Assembly: GCF_009834535.1 (NCBI RefSeq)
Contig: NC_045696.1
Location: 85,066,001 to 85,130,000 of the forward strand
From: Camelus ferus
Lineage: Eukaryota
Length of the DNA: 64,000 nucleotides
Direction: 5' to 3'
Part shown: in pieces, positions 1-13,654 of the stretch
Layout of the letters: the number at the start of each line of letters is the position of its first letter
Position numbering within the stretch: the stretch's first letter is position 1
Notes under the pieces: model-generated
Databases searched by the model: none
What the model was told of the DNA's origin: nothing
What the model saw: the letters and a program-made list of their open reading frames with translations, nothing else
Made by a program: the position numbers and the translations under genes

Positions 1-1759
1 TAGAATGACCAATATGAAAATTTCCTGACATGTAACTGCCAGTCTCTCAGTCTTCTCAGTGATAACCACTATAGGAACAACAGTTCCAATTCTAGTCAGC
101 TATTTAAAGTTACATGTGAACCTACATGCTAGCTGATTTTCTCTGCATCCAAGAGTCAAGAAAACAAAGAGATTGTGAGAGGAAGGAGAAAGTACCAAAG
201 TGATCCTCATACTTTAGAGTACCTTGTTTGACCTCAGCAGATAGAGAGGTAATATTGTGCAGATGGTGGGCCAGGATAAACATGAACAAGGACACAGACT
301 TCCCTTCAGGTGATTCCACACTGCAATATTCTGTCTCCAGATGTTATTCATGGTGACAAAAATGTAATTACTGAGTGTCTATGGAACACGTCACTTCAAA
401 AACAAAAATAGGAACAGTCTGTGTCATTTATGAGAGGGCATGGCATCCAATCCTGGGAAGTGGTAGGAGGCTAGAGGGAGATGGTAAATATCTCTTCTTT
501 CCTTACAGATGTGGACAAAAAGCTCCTATTAACCTTCTGTGATTTTCCCAAGCAGTAGCTCATAAACTCTCTTCCTTACAATGTCGGATATGTCACTTCC
601 TATCTGGTCCAGCTGTTTGCGATCTTATTGATTCTTGCATCCCAGAAAATACCTCAACTATCTCTATGACCTGAAGTAAAACAGAGATGAAGGGGGACAA
701 GATGAAACATTTCCATAAGCATTGAGGGCTAGACTAAGGCTCTGTATTGCCATGGAGGCTAATTCCCTCCTCTCTTTTGGTACGTTAGTAAAAAGCTGAC
801 TCAGCAGGTCTGACTTGGCACAATGCAAGGACAAACTGATCCCAGTAACTGCTGTTGGACATTTCTCCTTTTCATCCAGCTACCTTCTTAACCAGAGCAC
901 TTCTATTTTTTCATGTTTGTATAACTGGTTCCTACTAGTTGACCCGATAAGCATGAATGTAACTATTCTAGGAATTATAGGAATGGGTGCTCCTCTACTG
1001 AGAAGTTGGCCATGATAAACATAGTCCATCTATACTCAGCCTAAACTGTAGTTCATAGTTAAACATTTGAGATTGTGATGTTCATCTACTTAAACTTCAT
1101 GTGAGTTTTCCCCCAGTAAAGCCTATTTTATATCCACAGTATGTGTCATCAGTGGTGTTTGTTTCTAACTTTCATCTCATAGTTTTATCCTAGAATATTT
1201 TATAATGCTCATAGTTATTATTAATTTATACACTAAAAAAATTCAATATGCTAACATTATTTTAAGTAGTTAATATATTGGAATGCTCCAAAATATCAAT
1301 GCAATCAAACTTTAAAATTTGTTGTATAACTACGTGTATTCAAATAAACATATATTTAATGACATTTCGATTGAATCTCGAAATGCTCATGGACATTAAT
1401 ACTGGCATTATCATTAAATGCTTTTGGCTGTGGAGAAAAAGTCAGGCTGATCTAATAACATAGTCTTGATAATTAAGATTCTTAACAATAAAAAAAATTG
1501 GAAAATGAAGTGTCACCCAATCCTGACTTAAAATTCAAATTCAGATTTTTTTCTCATATCATTTTTATCATATAATAAAGCTGTTATTCCCCAAATTGTT
1601 TCTGATACTAATGCAGTTTTAGTATATTTTGTGTTCAAACAGGTTTAATGTAATGAGGTTTAATGAATGTAATGAGGCTTAATGGAATTTCCATGCATAT
1701 GTACTCTTACAGTAAAAGCTACACAGCATAATTAAAATCCAGTGGAACATTATATGGTA

Positions 1760-2236
1760 AGAAGCTTTAAAAAATAGAATATGTCATATAATATTCTTTA
1801 TATGAAGTTTTAGAATGGGCAAAATTATCAGAACAGTAGCTGTCACTATAAGTTTGGAATTGGGATTGAATTGGAAAGAGCATGGGTCTACTTTCAGGGA
1901 CAATGGTAATATGTCATAACTTCACAGGGGATTTGGTTACACAGGCAAAATAATTTGTCTAAAGTTAGGCAATGTACATTTAATATTTTTGCATTTCATT
2001 TTATTTCAAAAGAAATAAAAGAAACATTGAGCTCTAAATAATATAACTGCTGTAGTTTTTAGAGGGAGGTTGCTGATGTCTGCAATTTACCTTGAAATGC
2101 ATCCAAAAATAAAATGGACTGATAGATGGGCATATTAATGGTAGGATCTAAGCAGTGGGTATATGGGTGTTCACTGGGAAATTCTTTTAACTTTGCTATA
2201 ATTTTGAAATGTTTTAAAAATAGAATTTGGGGAAAA
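1760..2236 (+). mobile_element. Ancient L1 (L1ME-type) 3' UTR fragment
   Basis: The motifs TCTGCAATTTACCTTGAAATGCATCCAAAAATAAAATGG and TATATGGGTGTTCACTG...TTTGAAATGTTTT resemble L1ME 3' ends. Boundaries are approximate. Confidence 0.7.
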
Positions 2237-3267
2237 TATAAAATAAGACAGCAAAAATTTGAGCTACTAAGTGAACACAAAACATATTGACAATTAAAAA
2301 CAATATATAATATAACTAATAAGATAAATTCTCATATCACAAAGCTTTGGAGAGTATTGTTAATGCCTTATAAGATGAGATTTGAGTCTAATTGTTTTAT
2401 ACAATATGGAAACTGTTATTAGAATGAGAAAAATCTAAAGTACAAAGACAAGATTTGGGGATATATCAATTTTTCCACTCTTAGGACCTAATATATAGGA
2501 AAGCAATTCTTTGGAATAATGTACTGTGTAGAATACTACTAATGTAAAAACAAAAATGACATGTGGAGTCTAAAGAAAATAGAGCAAATGGAAAGTTGAC
2601 TTCCTAAACATCAGGTTGCCCTTAATCCCATTCTCATCAGAAAGTCAAGACCTCCTTGCTATGGAAAGTGTTTAGCAGAGCTTTAAAAACTCTCAGCAAT
2701 GTAGAGGCGTGAGTAGGTGGACATAGAGAGTAATGCTGTTGAAGACGTATTTTCATTCCCAACGTGTAAGACTTTTTGCTGCAGTTCTTGGTTGTCTTTT
2801 TCTTTAAATGACTATGTCACCTTGTTTAGCAGTTATGTTTTCCATTTATTAAAATAATTGAAGCAGCCCAGTTAAATATCCTTGCTGCAGACCTCTTCCT
2901 ATTCAGCTTATTTATCCCTCCACTAAAATAAACTTAGCTATAAAAGTAACCAATTTTCATGCCTTTTATTTCAATCTCCAAAATGTCTCCAAAATGTTCA
3001 TTTGGGTCCACAGAGTATATCTTAACCCCAGGTTTTAAACTGTAACTGAAGCTCTCTGTCAATGTGCTTGCTTTCTTTTCTTCTAGTTTTTTATAAACCA
3101 GAGCACTCCTATTCAACTAACTTCCTTATTGTGTATATTGTTTTATATATTGAATAATAAATTATATTCACTCAAGCACAAATTTTGGTGAACAGTAGAT
3201 AGATAACACTTGGGAACTATTAAAAAAAACTGATTATTCCTTGAGATTATCTTTTAATAATTTTTAT

Positions 3268-3345
3268 TTGAGGAGTCCAGTAATTTATATTTTAAGCATG
3301 CATCATAGATTACTCTGATGAACATCAAAGTTTAAGAACCATTAT
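3268..3345. mobile_element. MER5A-like hAT-Charlie fragment
   Basis: Ends in AAAGTTTAAGAACCATT, similar to the MER5A terminus AAAGTTTGAGAACCACTG. Confidence 0.5.
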
Positions 3346-5004
3346 TTTAAATGAGTTCAGAGATAATTTCCTCCTGTCTTTGTTTATCTAATAGTTCTCA
3401 CAAATGTCTGTGGGAATAGGCTCATTGGCTCAGATTATATATTTTTTGTCAATGCTTTTATTTAGAAAAAATAACTATTACCTAAATAACTTTTATATTA
3501 TGGCTTAGTCTGTGTAAATAAGCAAAGAGGATCAAATAAGAGTTACTGGCTCTAAACAAATTCAAAGACAGAAATCATTGGGACACCACTCTCTTAACTA
3601 AAATTATCTCAAAATTCCTAAAAAATATTGACATGAAGTATTCAGGTGAATGGTTCAGAAGTGGGTAGGAGTGAGATTAGAATTTCTTAATCAGCAATGC
3701 TGACAAAGGTTGGCACCACATTGAATAGGATAAGCATTCTAGCCAAAAGATACCTATACCAATTTCTGCTTGAAATGTCAAAAGTTCTGATACTGTGCTA
3801 ATTTATATGTATTTGAGTCAGCATTTTAAGGCCACTTTTGAATTATATCAAAATAAGAATTTAGATACACTGTATGTAATCATAACCATGAAAGTTTAGA
3901 ATTCAGCAAGAATAAGTTTGGGGAAAGGTTATCGAAATCTAGAAGTGGGGCATCATTTTGTAGCTGGAGTCAACCTAAAGGATAGTGTTTTACTAGGAGG
4001 CTGTCATGGAATACAAATCATGAGACGAAATCTGTAGGCATGATGAAAGAACCCGAAATAGGAAGAAGACGAAATCTGATCCTGTTGGGGGGAAAAACAA
4101 GGAAACCAATTAGGTGAGGTTAATAAGGTGAAATATCAAGAACCGTGATAGAATCAGGTACATTAAATCACAGGGTGAGATCCAGAGACAAATTTGAAGA
4201 CATCAGTTTATGTCCCAATAACGTCTTTTTTTTTTTTGAGGTCTTTGAGTGTTCTAACCTTTAATGCATCTCTCTCTACCTTACAGCAGGTTAGTTTTAT
4301 GTTTCAAAAGTTTGTTTTAGATTTCAGAAAAATAATATAGTTGTGTTGCATCACTGGTCACAATTTCCTATATTATCCTCAAATGAATAATTGAATAACA
4401 ACAGCTGGATGATAAATAAGCAGGAGTAATTATAACTATCTGTGTGATTAAATTTTAAGAAGTTGATTATTAGAGTGAAGTCAAACTAGAAGAAAGATAC
4501 TTGAGAAGAGTCAAAGGAGTCTATGATACTTAATATATGTTTAACTTAGATGATAACACAAAAACATAAACTTGTAGATAAAGTTGAGCTGTTAATATTA
4601 GGTAGTGAATTGAATGGAAGAATTAATATCAAAAATATATTTATCAAATAGAAAATTAACATGAAATAAGCAGTAAAATTAGATATATAAACCTGAACAA
4701 ATACAATATCTTCCATCCAGGATGAAAGAGTAAATGGACTGATTTCAAAATGCATTAACTAGGTTGGTAAATAGTTCAAGTAAAAAAGTTACCTCAGTTT
4801 TTCTCCCATTATAAGACAGTAAGGGTCACATGACCTTGAAGAAGACAATCTGACTCATTCTCCTTTGTATTAGACTGACCACATCTGTGTGTCTGAATAG
4901 CACATTTTAATATGATTACTAAAAAATCGCACTAAACATTGGGATCAGGGACCTGAGAGAGAATGATAAGAAGACTGTCAACTGTGTTGTGTAAATAAAG
5001 GGTG

Positions 5005-5330
5005 TTGGACTCAGAGGTATTTAGCAGAGAAGAACTTTTGGGTGAGGGAGAGGAATCATCTCAGTCTTAATTTTTTTGTATTGTTCAAATTCATTAGTAT
5101 TCAATGCACCAATAACTACTTCTCAGGTTACTTGACAACACATGTAACCTTGCTGTTAGAGTTGTCTTAAAATCATTGATCCCAACATCAAAGTGTAGAG
5201 GGATTTGAAGGGCTGTCATGTGAAAGAAGAAATAAACTCTTTTCACTCCAGAGCACAAAAGTAGAATAAATGTGTAGATAAATCAAGAAGTTAGTCTTAT
5301 CTTCATATATTGAATAATTACCTAAAAGTT
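5005..5330 (+). mobile_element. L3/CR1 LINE remnant
   Basis: TTTGAAGGGCTGTCATGTGAAAGAAGAAATAAACT resembles the L3/CR1 3' region. Highly diverged. Confidence 0.45.
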
Positions 5331-6087
5331 CAGCCCATTAGCAATACTATTTAAGCAAAGGCCACATATATCACCGCTTTCAGTCACATGGTATCGATTC
5401 TTGTTTCACAAGGGAAGGGCTATCACTTGCAACCATCAGTGTCTATGTCAAATCTAAGATTGTAATATTTTAATTCGGTAAGGAAAAGCCATTTGTCAAA
5501 CAATTCTTTTGTCTACATTGAAATACTGCATTAGTCAAATAGTCACAATAATAGGCTTTTTGATGAAACTTGAATCCACTGACTCTTTAGTCTCCTTATT
5601 TTGTTTCATCTGTCCCCATTCAGCAGGCAGCTACTGTTAGAACTGATATTCTTTTTCTATTACCAACACCTGGCACATCGTATTCACTGACTTAAATCAC
5701 TGTTGAATTAGAGAGGACAAAGGAGACTTCATACCCTCAGAATTAATCTCCAAACCTAGAATTTTTTACCCCTAGCAATATTTTGAATAAGATACTTCCC
5801 AAACAATAATGATAAAGTAAAGAGAACCACTTGAACTCATGATTCATGGATTAAATAATTATCCAGTAGAAATTGGACCTTGAAGAAGTTAATTATGAGG
5901 AATCTAAAATACGATACATTACCTAAGGAAGGCAAGTTCAATCATGGTGATGGTGTTGGGGCTCTCCCACTGGCTGGGGAACGATGTTGTTAACATTGTG
6001 TATTTAGTACGAAAAATTTGAGACAAGCTTAGTTTGCTCCACAATTTTGCCCCAGTCTAGTTTATAAAGCTTAACAAAAATGGTAAC

Positions 6088-6152
6088 TTTTTAAAACTGT
6101 GATAAGAACACTTAAATGAATCTACTCCCTTAACAAATTCTAAGTGTACAAT
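6088..6152 (-). mobile_element. Short L1MA-type 3' UTR fragment
   Basis: GTGATAAGAACACTTAAATGAATCTACTCCCTTAACAAATTCTAAGTGTACAAT resembles the reverse complement of the L1MA 3' UTR. Confidence 0.55.
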
Positions 6153-8745
6153 TTGTAGTTTTGATGCTTTTCAAGGAAATGATCCTCATTCCAAACCTGA
6201 GAGGAAAATACTCTTTTCTCTCTTTATGGGTGAAACAATAATTGCAGAAAAATTAAGTGATGCAATCACAGTCCCATAGCCCTACACGGCTCATTCTTCT
6301 GTATTACTTTAATGGGCAGCATATCACCCATAGAATTGTTATACTTCTGATTTGCCTAATGTGAGAGGTTTTTTTTCTTTTTTAACCCAAACCCTCCTCT
6401 GCAGAAGTGTTGACATTTTAAAGCTGCTCTAGTTCAATCGCATTTAAAGCATCAGTGCCAGTTTCTCCAATTAGTCTGACAACACATGTAGTCTCAGTAG
6501 TCAAGTTGTCGTGGAATCATTGATCCAAAGACCAAAGGATAAGTACTGATGATCTTCAAACCAGTGATCAGAATGGCCTTCCTAATTATGGTTGTCCACT
6601 TTCCTTTTTATCTGTATGACACAACCATTCTTAACAGACTTGAGTCATCTGCCTAGGAGCTGTTGTCATTACTCATTAGAATTTCGAATCTAAAAGGTAT
6701 AAACAAGTTTCCTGGTTCTATCTAGATATAAAAAGCCTTCGGAACAATTTTTTTTTTCACTTTGCTAAATTTAAAATTGTCTTTGCTGTTTTATTTAGAA
6801 GTTCACAACTTGCTTTTTTTCAAAGGGGAAATTAAAATTATTTCCTGTAATTTTTACCTTTTTCTACAGGTTTTATTTAATATAGTTTGATCTCTCATTT
6901 ATATATCATAACACAGCCATTTCAGAATGATGATAACTTAACAATTAAATTAGACTGTTCATAGGTTTGTAATATCTCTAAGCGTAACATTGCAATATAA
7001 TTTTTCTGGAGTTCAAAGTAAATCAATATTATAGAAATACATGCTGAAATATTACAATTCTCTTGTTCATTTGCCCAGTTTTAGTTACTTAATTAAACAT
7101 GGTTATAACCATTTAGATTAGGAGTTTGGTTACAACTCAAACTGCAGGAGTGGCTTTCTTTCAGAATGAGGCAACTTGAATGTATATGCATCTCAGATAT
7201 TCAGAGTTGTCCAGTTCGGGAGATCAGCAGAATATTATTATTTATCTCTCTTGTTGACTGACTTTCTGGCCTTTTAAATGGTCTACCATACCACTAATAA
7301 AAGACGAACAGAAGAGACATTAACTTAGCCTACTTGTTACTCAGGCACTGAGTCCGCAGGGACATGCAGGGAGTCCACAGCACACAAATTACAGCCATTT
7401 TCTCCTTGGTAATCACTCAGTGAGAAGGAAACTGAAAAAAAATTTTAACTATGCCTCATTTACTATGGTTTTTATGAAGTTCAACTATGTGTATTCTCTT
7501 TATTCCAATGTGTGTTGGTTATTATTAACATTTATTTACATTGCTATGTTTAAGTATAATTTTCTCCTAAAAATGTCATATTGTAGAATTTGAAATATAA
7601 TAACTTAAGTTTGGTATAAAGATGATATCAGACTATCATTCCTTTATAATACCCCATGCTATTTTCTGTTAAAATACTGATTATTAAGGCTCTTTAAAAC
7701 ACTTAAACTTCAACAGATTATAAAGAAAATAGTCAGTAATTTATGCAAGTACCATAAGACTTCTGGTGACCACTGCAATCAGAAATACTATGATTTAAAA
7801 AACATAACTGTTGACACACACAGTCCTCACTCTCACTCTGGTGCACAGAGTCTGGATTGCTGGGAAATAGATGGGGGATATCTATTCATTGCCTTACCCA
7901 CCCGCACTGTCCTCTCCCACTTGCTCAGTCTCTTGAGGCATAATCTGCACTGACCAGGAGACTCAACCCCTGTGACTTATAAGGCTTCAGAGTCACGTGT
8001 CATCCATTCTGTCAAACATGAATGGTTTTATTTGTGCGTTCAAAGATAACACAGTAGGGCTCAGTGAAATGGGTAGTTTCCTAATATAAATGACAAGAAG
8101 GGCCCATGGAATGGAGTATACGTTCCCAAGCCCTATATCTGATAAAAGAAGAAATTCCACCTGACTAGGAACAACTGAAGAAAAACTTCCTTTTGTGTAG
8201 CCAGATACTGGATTGGAAACAGGCTTTGAGAAAGCTCCATTTCAGTCTAGCAGAGTGCTAAGAGTTAATCATATGGCAGACACTGGAAAATACTCAAGAA
8301 CATCCTCTAGCAGCCGCTTTTCACCTTTTTTTTCAGAAAGAAAAATTCTTTCTTTCTCTGCCTATATAAACAGTAAATAAGGGCAAGAAATCTTCAAGGC
8401 ATATTTGTTTACAAATGTCAACTTTGGGTGGAATCCACCTTGATGGAAATACTAAGCATATTTTTAAAACAAACAAAAATAACAGTAACCTATGGGTTAA
8501 AAAAAATAAATAAAATTTCCTTCTGTCTTTCTCTCTATAAATTTTCTATATCTTTAAAATCGATATTCACAGAATATAAATAGTGTAGCACCTTGAAGGA
8601 AGGGCTTAAGAAAAAAAAAATATTACAGTGTTAAAAACCTGTGTTTTATGACCTCAGTAGGAAACAAGATAATATTTCTTCTATGACTTAAGAACAGGAG
8701 GTTTGAAAAAGAAAGTTTAGGAGTTTTGGAAAGTGTGTTTACAAG

Positions 8746-9226
8746 TGTCGATGAAATAAATGCACAACCTAAAAGTTGAGAGTTATGTTTTATTCGGTGG
8801 ACAATTCTGAGGACGCAGCCCGGGATGACAGCCTCTCCGATCGCTCTGAGGGACTGCTCTGAAGAGATATGGGAGGAGTTAGGATATATAGGAACTTTAC
8901 AACAAAGACCAGGTAGTCGAACATTAAAAGGTTTCTTGTTAACTGATGACCAGACATCTCAAGGTAAAGAATTTAGCGCTTTTCTGTGTATGGGAGGGAG
9001 CAAATATTTGGGCTCATTGAATTCATTCCTTTGACAAGTACCTAGCTATCTAGGGACAACATCCTGTCCTTTCTTATTCTCAGTCCCCTCAGGGTGCACC
9101 ACTGTGAGTGGCTGCAGAGGCTGGGCTGCGGGCATGTCTTCACTGGGGGGGTGGCTGCAGCCACTGATGACTTGATGGCTTCAGCATTCTTTGTTTACTG
9201 ATGTGGTTTGCAGTATTTTTCATTCA
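8746..9226 (-). mobile_element. ERV1-class solo LTR, MER41-like (artiodactyl)
   Basis: Has TG...CA termini and a 4-bp TSD CAAG (8742-8745, 9227-9230). The minus strand carries AATAAA (TTTATT ~8789) and a TATA-like motif (~8884). The internal GAATTTAGCGCTTTTCTG...GGGCTCATTGAATTCATTCCTTTGA resembles MER41-like LTRs. Confidence 0.88.
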
Positions 9227-9529
9227 CAAGTCAATCTGAGCAAGTCTAAAAACAATAAAGGACTTCATCAAATAGTCTGCAGTTAGTTTTTCTTGTTTTC
9301 TTTTTTTTTGTTAATGGTTAATTGTTTTTAAAGGAAAGAAGTTATAAAATAATTGTGGGCATAAAAATTCTAAATATAGTTTGCAATGTTATATACTTAA
9401 AATTTCACTTACAAGCATTGTAACATTGACCAACATTCTCAAAGTGGTAAACAGTTCATTAAACCAGATGTCTAAGAGGAAAATACAGGCTTGCTGAAGC
9501 ACAGGGTAGTTTTTTGGTTTGTTTCTCTT

Positions 9530-9640
9530 TCTGTCAAAATATAAAAAACTGGATATTTCATTTAAAGATCCAGATGTTTCATACCTTTGTAAAAATTGAG
9601 AGTATCTGGCAATGTCAGTACTGGACCCGCACTGGCCCAG
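9530..9640. mobile_element. Degenerate hAT-type DNA transposon fragment (MER102-like)
   Basis: AGATCCAGATGTTTC...AAAAATTGAGAGTATCTGGCAAT resembles this ancient MER class. Confidence 0.3.
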
Positions 9641-11409
9641 GGCAGCCACCTCTCTGAGCTGGTTTTTATGGTCCTTTAGCTGAGTCACACCCCATCTCTA
9701 CTCAGAACACCACCCCCACCCCCAATCTCTTACACTCAGACTGATAATTACAGATCCACCTAAATGTAAATTTCCAATTTGGGCTCTCTTTCAGCATATT
9801 TTCTGAGGAATGTCTATACATTAGTTAAAGCTGCAGTTTTTATTGTTTCTATTATATTGCCATGTATCTCCAGTTCATAAAAATGAATCAATATTAGAAA
9901 GAGTTTACTGAGGCATAAACTCCTGACGAATTTTTAAGGTGCAGGCTCTGTTAAGCAAGAACTAGAATTTCTAGGGATTTATTTTTATTTCTTTCAAGAT
10001 TTCGTCAAAATGTGAAGCCTGTTAATACTGGAGGGAATCGTTTTTTGGTTTTGTTTTGTTTTGTTTTTTGTCTCTGGTGGGTTTTTTAGAGAGAGCTAAT
10101 GGAGTTAACAGTAGTTTATAGCTGGATGCTGAATCCTGGATCCTATGTTCTAGTCCAGTTAAACACTGATCTGAAGAACTCACTTACATTTTGTTAAAGA
10201 TTAAATATCCCATAAATTAACTGGCTACATCACCCTATCCATACTGATAATTTTCATGTGATAAGTTTTGGGTAATTTTGCTTCATTGGAAATTTCTGTA
10301 TTTTGCAAATTTTCACAATGAGTGTATATTTATTATGTAATCATTTCTCAATTTTTAATCATTATATATCATATTTTGAAACATTTTTTGTACAGTTGCC
10401 TAATTAAATTTTATCACCTGAAAAGTCAGTAGTACTTGCTTCATATTTGATTTTTGAGATTACACTTAAAGGCAGGCAATCTCACTTGTTCATAATAATG
10501 TGATTAATCTAATCTCTTCTATTTTTTATTAGTAAAAGAGAATAAATACATAAATAGAATATTCTAAAACTTTTTTAAAAAATCTTGTCACCAAAATTAA
10601 AAGCAAAATAAGAACAGTTGAGATGCTAATTGTTTTATCTGTTCTTCTACTTTTATAATTTCCGTTAATGGGATAAAAGATACGTCTTTGCTAATACTGT
10701 GATTCAATATACGTTCCTTTTTTCACCACTTGATGGAGAGTAAATGTTCAAGTTTCTGTTTATTGAGTGATTGGCTTTAACTTAAAAGTTTATTCTAAAA
10801 TACAGTAATTTCACTATTTATAAATAACAATATATTTAATTGTTCGTGAATAAATAAAATAAATTTTCTAATCCCCGCATAATAAACCAAATGTGTATTG
10901 TAGTTCTACTCACTTAAAATATCAATCTTTAAGTATGTGTAAGCTATCCAGATAATATCAAGTTTATTATCATTATAGATATGTAAATGTGTACTTTATA
11001 AATATCACACATTTAAAATCTTGAGTAATACATCATAAATAATGCAAAACTTTCACTCCTAAATGCATTAATAGAATTTGTCAAAGTAAATCACTACTGA
11101 ATACAAAGAAACACCCTTCTTCACAATGGGCAATCAGTTGGCTCTGTGATTGCTTAACAATGACATTCCATGCTTTTCCAACAACAATCATTTACGTTAA
11201 TGAGGCAGCATGTGAGGACAGAAACCAGGTCTTCCTGAGCTAACACCTGCCAGGATAACGGGGCTGGAGCAGGGATCAGATCAGCTGTCTCTTCCATTCA
11301 TCTCTGGTGTCTGTAAATTGTGAGAAAGGTTTTCTTTTCTCCTTTTCCCTTAATAGTTCTCACTGTGGTCAGCCCTGAGATTTTATTCTTTAATAGTCAG
11401 CTTTTGTTC

Positions 11410-11898
11410 TTGGATAAAAACTATCTTTTTATTTTAAACCTGTTTAGACTCTTTAAAAAGTGATTGAGAACAACAAAGAGCTTTGCTGGTTTGAGTGGAT
11501 TGTCTGTTGTTACTTCAGATATTAGAAATTATGATCTAAAATTTTAAATGTATTCATTTATTTATTTATTTTAGAATAATGCCACATGTTAACATAAATA
11601 ACATAGTTTATGAAAATAATAGAAACAGAAGAGTTGCATAGCTTTACATTTCTGCAAACATCCTTAATGTTTGACTTCATAAATAAGAGCTGGGATCTCC
11701 TTTCTGCTTCTGTATTTCATCTCTTGTGCTCTCACACGTCTTAATAGTCCCTGGAGAACACTACTGTGTCCTCATAGAAAACAAGAGTGAAAAGGTTTAA
11801 CAACACCTGGGGAGCGTGATAAAAATAAGTTGACCTTGCAAATCTCCTGGGTGAGCCTTAGGCACTAGGGAAATCCACACCACATTTCAGGAACACTG
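11410..11898 (+). mobile_element. Charlie1-family non-autonomous hAT transposon (Charlie1b-like), copy 1
   Basis: Contains ATTGAGAACAACAAAGAGCTTTG and TTACATTTCTGCAAACATCCTTAATG, and ends CACATTTCAGGAACACTG. Colinear with the copy at 16893. Confidence 0.7.
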
Positions 11899-12095
11899 GC
11901 CTAGACAGTTTTGTCTCAACTGTTAAAGGATCAAGTTAAACAAATGAACCTATAACTATATGGTTTTGACTCAAAGTTTCAAATCCAGAAAATAGCTCAT
12001 CTGTATCCATAGAAATATGAGAACCCAGAAGAGAGGCCTCTCCAATTCCTTTGTTATTCCCTAAGTTCATTTATACCATCATATTACATGATCAG

Positions 12096-13515
12096 GTGAA
12101 TTAGTTGTTTATATATTTTGGATATTAACTTCTTATCAGTCATATCATTTGCAAATATTTTCTTCCATTCAGTAGGTTGTCTTTTCATCTGGTCAGGGGC
12201 TTCCTTTATTGTGCACAAGCTTTTAAGTTTAATTAGCTTCCATTTGTTTATTTTTCCTTTTATTTCTTTTTCCTTAAGAGAAAGATCCAAAAACATTGCT
12301 ACAACTTAGTATTTTGCCTAAGTTCTCTTCTAGGAGTTTTATAGTTTCAGATTTTACATTTAGGTCTTTAAATCCATTTTGAGTTTATTTTTTGTATATG
12401 GTGTGAGGAAATGTTCTAATTTTATTCTTTTAAGTGTAGCTGTTAACTCAAGATCAAAAAATCCAAACAACCCAATTAAAAACTGGGCAGAAGACCTAAA
12501 CAGAAAGTTTTCCAAAGATGTACAGATGGATAACAGGCACATGAAAAGCTGTGCGATATTGCTAATCATTAGAGAAATGCAAATCAAAACCAAAATGAGA
12601 TATCACCAAACACCTGTCAGAATGGTTATCATCTAAAGGTCTACAAGCAACAAATGCTAGAGAGGATGTAGAGAAAAAGGAAAACCTTGTACACTGTTGG
12701 ATGGACTGTAAATTGGTACAGCCACTGTGGAAAACTGTATGGAAGTTCCTCAAAAACTAAAAATGGAGCTACCATATGATCCAGCAATTCCACAACTAAG
12801 TTTATATCTGAAGAAAACAAAATAGTAATTCAAAAAGATACATGGACCCCAATGTTCACTGCAGCATTATTTACAATAGGCAAGATATGGAAGCAACCTA
12901 AGTGTCCATCAATAGACGAATGGATAAAAAAGATATATATATATATGTGTGTGTGTGTATATACACACATTATTTACAATAGGCAAGATATGGAAGCAAC
13001 CTAAGTGTCCATCAATAGACGAATGGATAAAAAAGATATATATATATGTGTGTGTGTGTATATATATATGCAATGAAATATTCCTCAGCCATAAAAAGAA
13101 TGAAATTCTGCCATTTGCAACAATGTGGATGGACCTAGAGAATATCATGCTTAGTAAAATAAGTCAGAAAGAGAAAGACAAATACTCTATTATCACTTAT
13201 GCAGAGCCTAAAAAATAAAACAAATGAAGGTACATAACAAACCAGAAACATACTCACAGATGTAGAGACAAACTAGTGGTTCCCAGTGAGGAGAAGGAAA
13301 GGGAGAGGGTTGAGATAGGAGAATGGGATTAAGAAATACAAACTGTGATGTATAATATTGATAGACAACAAGGACATATTGTACTGCACAGGGAAATAAA
13401 ACCTTGCTTTGTAATAATTTAAATGAAGTATAGTCTATAAAATATCAAATCAATATGAATCACTACACTTGAAATTAATATAATATTTTAAATCAATTGT
13501 ACTTCAATAAAAAAG
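12096..13515 (+). mobile_element. 5'-truncated, 5'-inverted L1 (cetartiodactyl-type): ORF2 C-terminus plus 3' UTR
   Basis: 12096-~12443 is ORF2 on the minus strand (KINKWKLIKLKSLCT...QPTEWKKIFAN...LISKIYKQL). ~12444-13515 is on the plus strand ([17 protein letters not shown]...[32 protein letters not shown]) and ends AATAAAAAAG. TSD TACATGATCAG at 12085-12095 and 13516-13526. Confidence 0.95.
12865..13069 (+). repeat. ~103-bp tandem duplication inside the L1, each unit ending in a (TA)n(TG)n microsatellite
   Basis: CATTATTTACAATAGGCAAGATATGGAAGCAACCTAAGTGTCCATCAATAGACGAATGGATAAAAAAGATATAT is identical at 12865 and 12968. Confidence 0.95.
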
Positions 13516-13654
13516 TACATGATCAGCTACCTGGTTTACAATAGTGTAAACAGAATATATGGTTAGTTGATAAATAAACAATAGCCACCTCTATTGTTGG
13601 AAGTGGGAAACAAGGTCCTAAGCACTCTAAAAACAGCAGTTTATTGTCAGGAAG

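Noticed and set aside
12084..13218. Several ORFs with recognisable protein similarity
   Set aside because: They are frameshifted L1 ORF2 C-terminal fragments, not a host gene.
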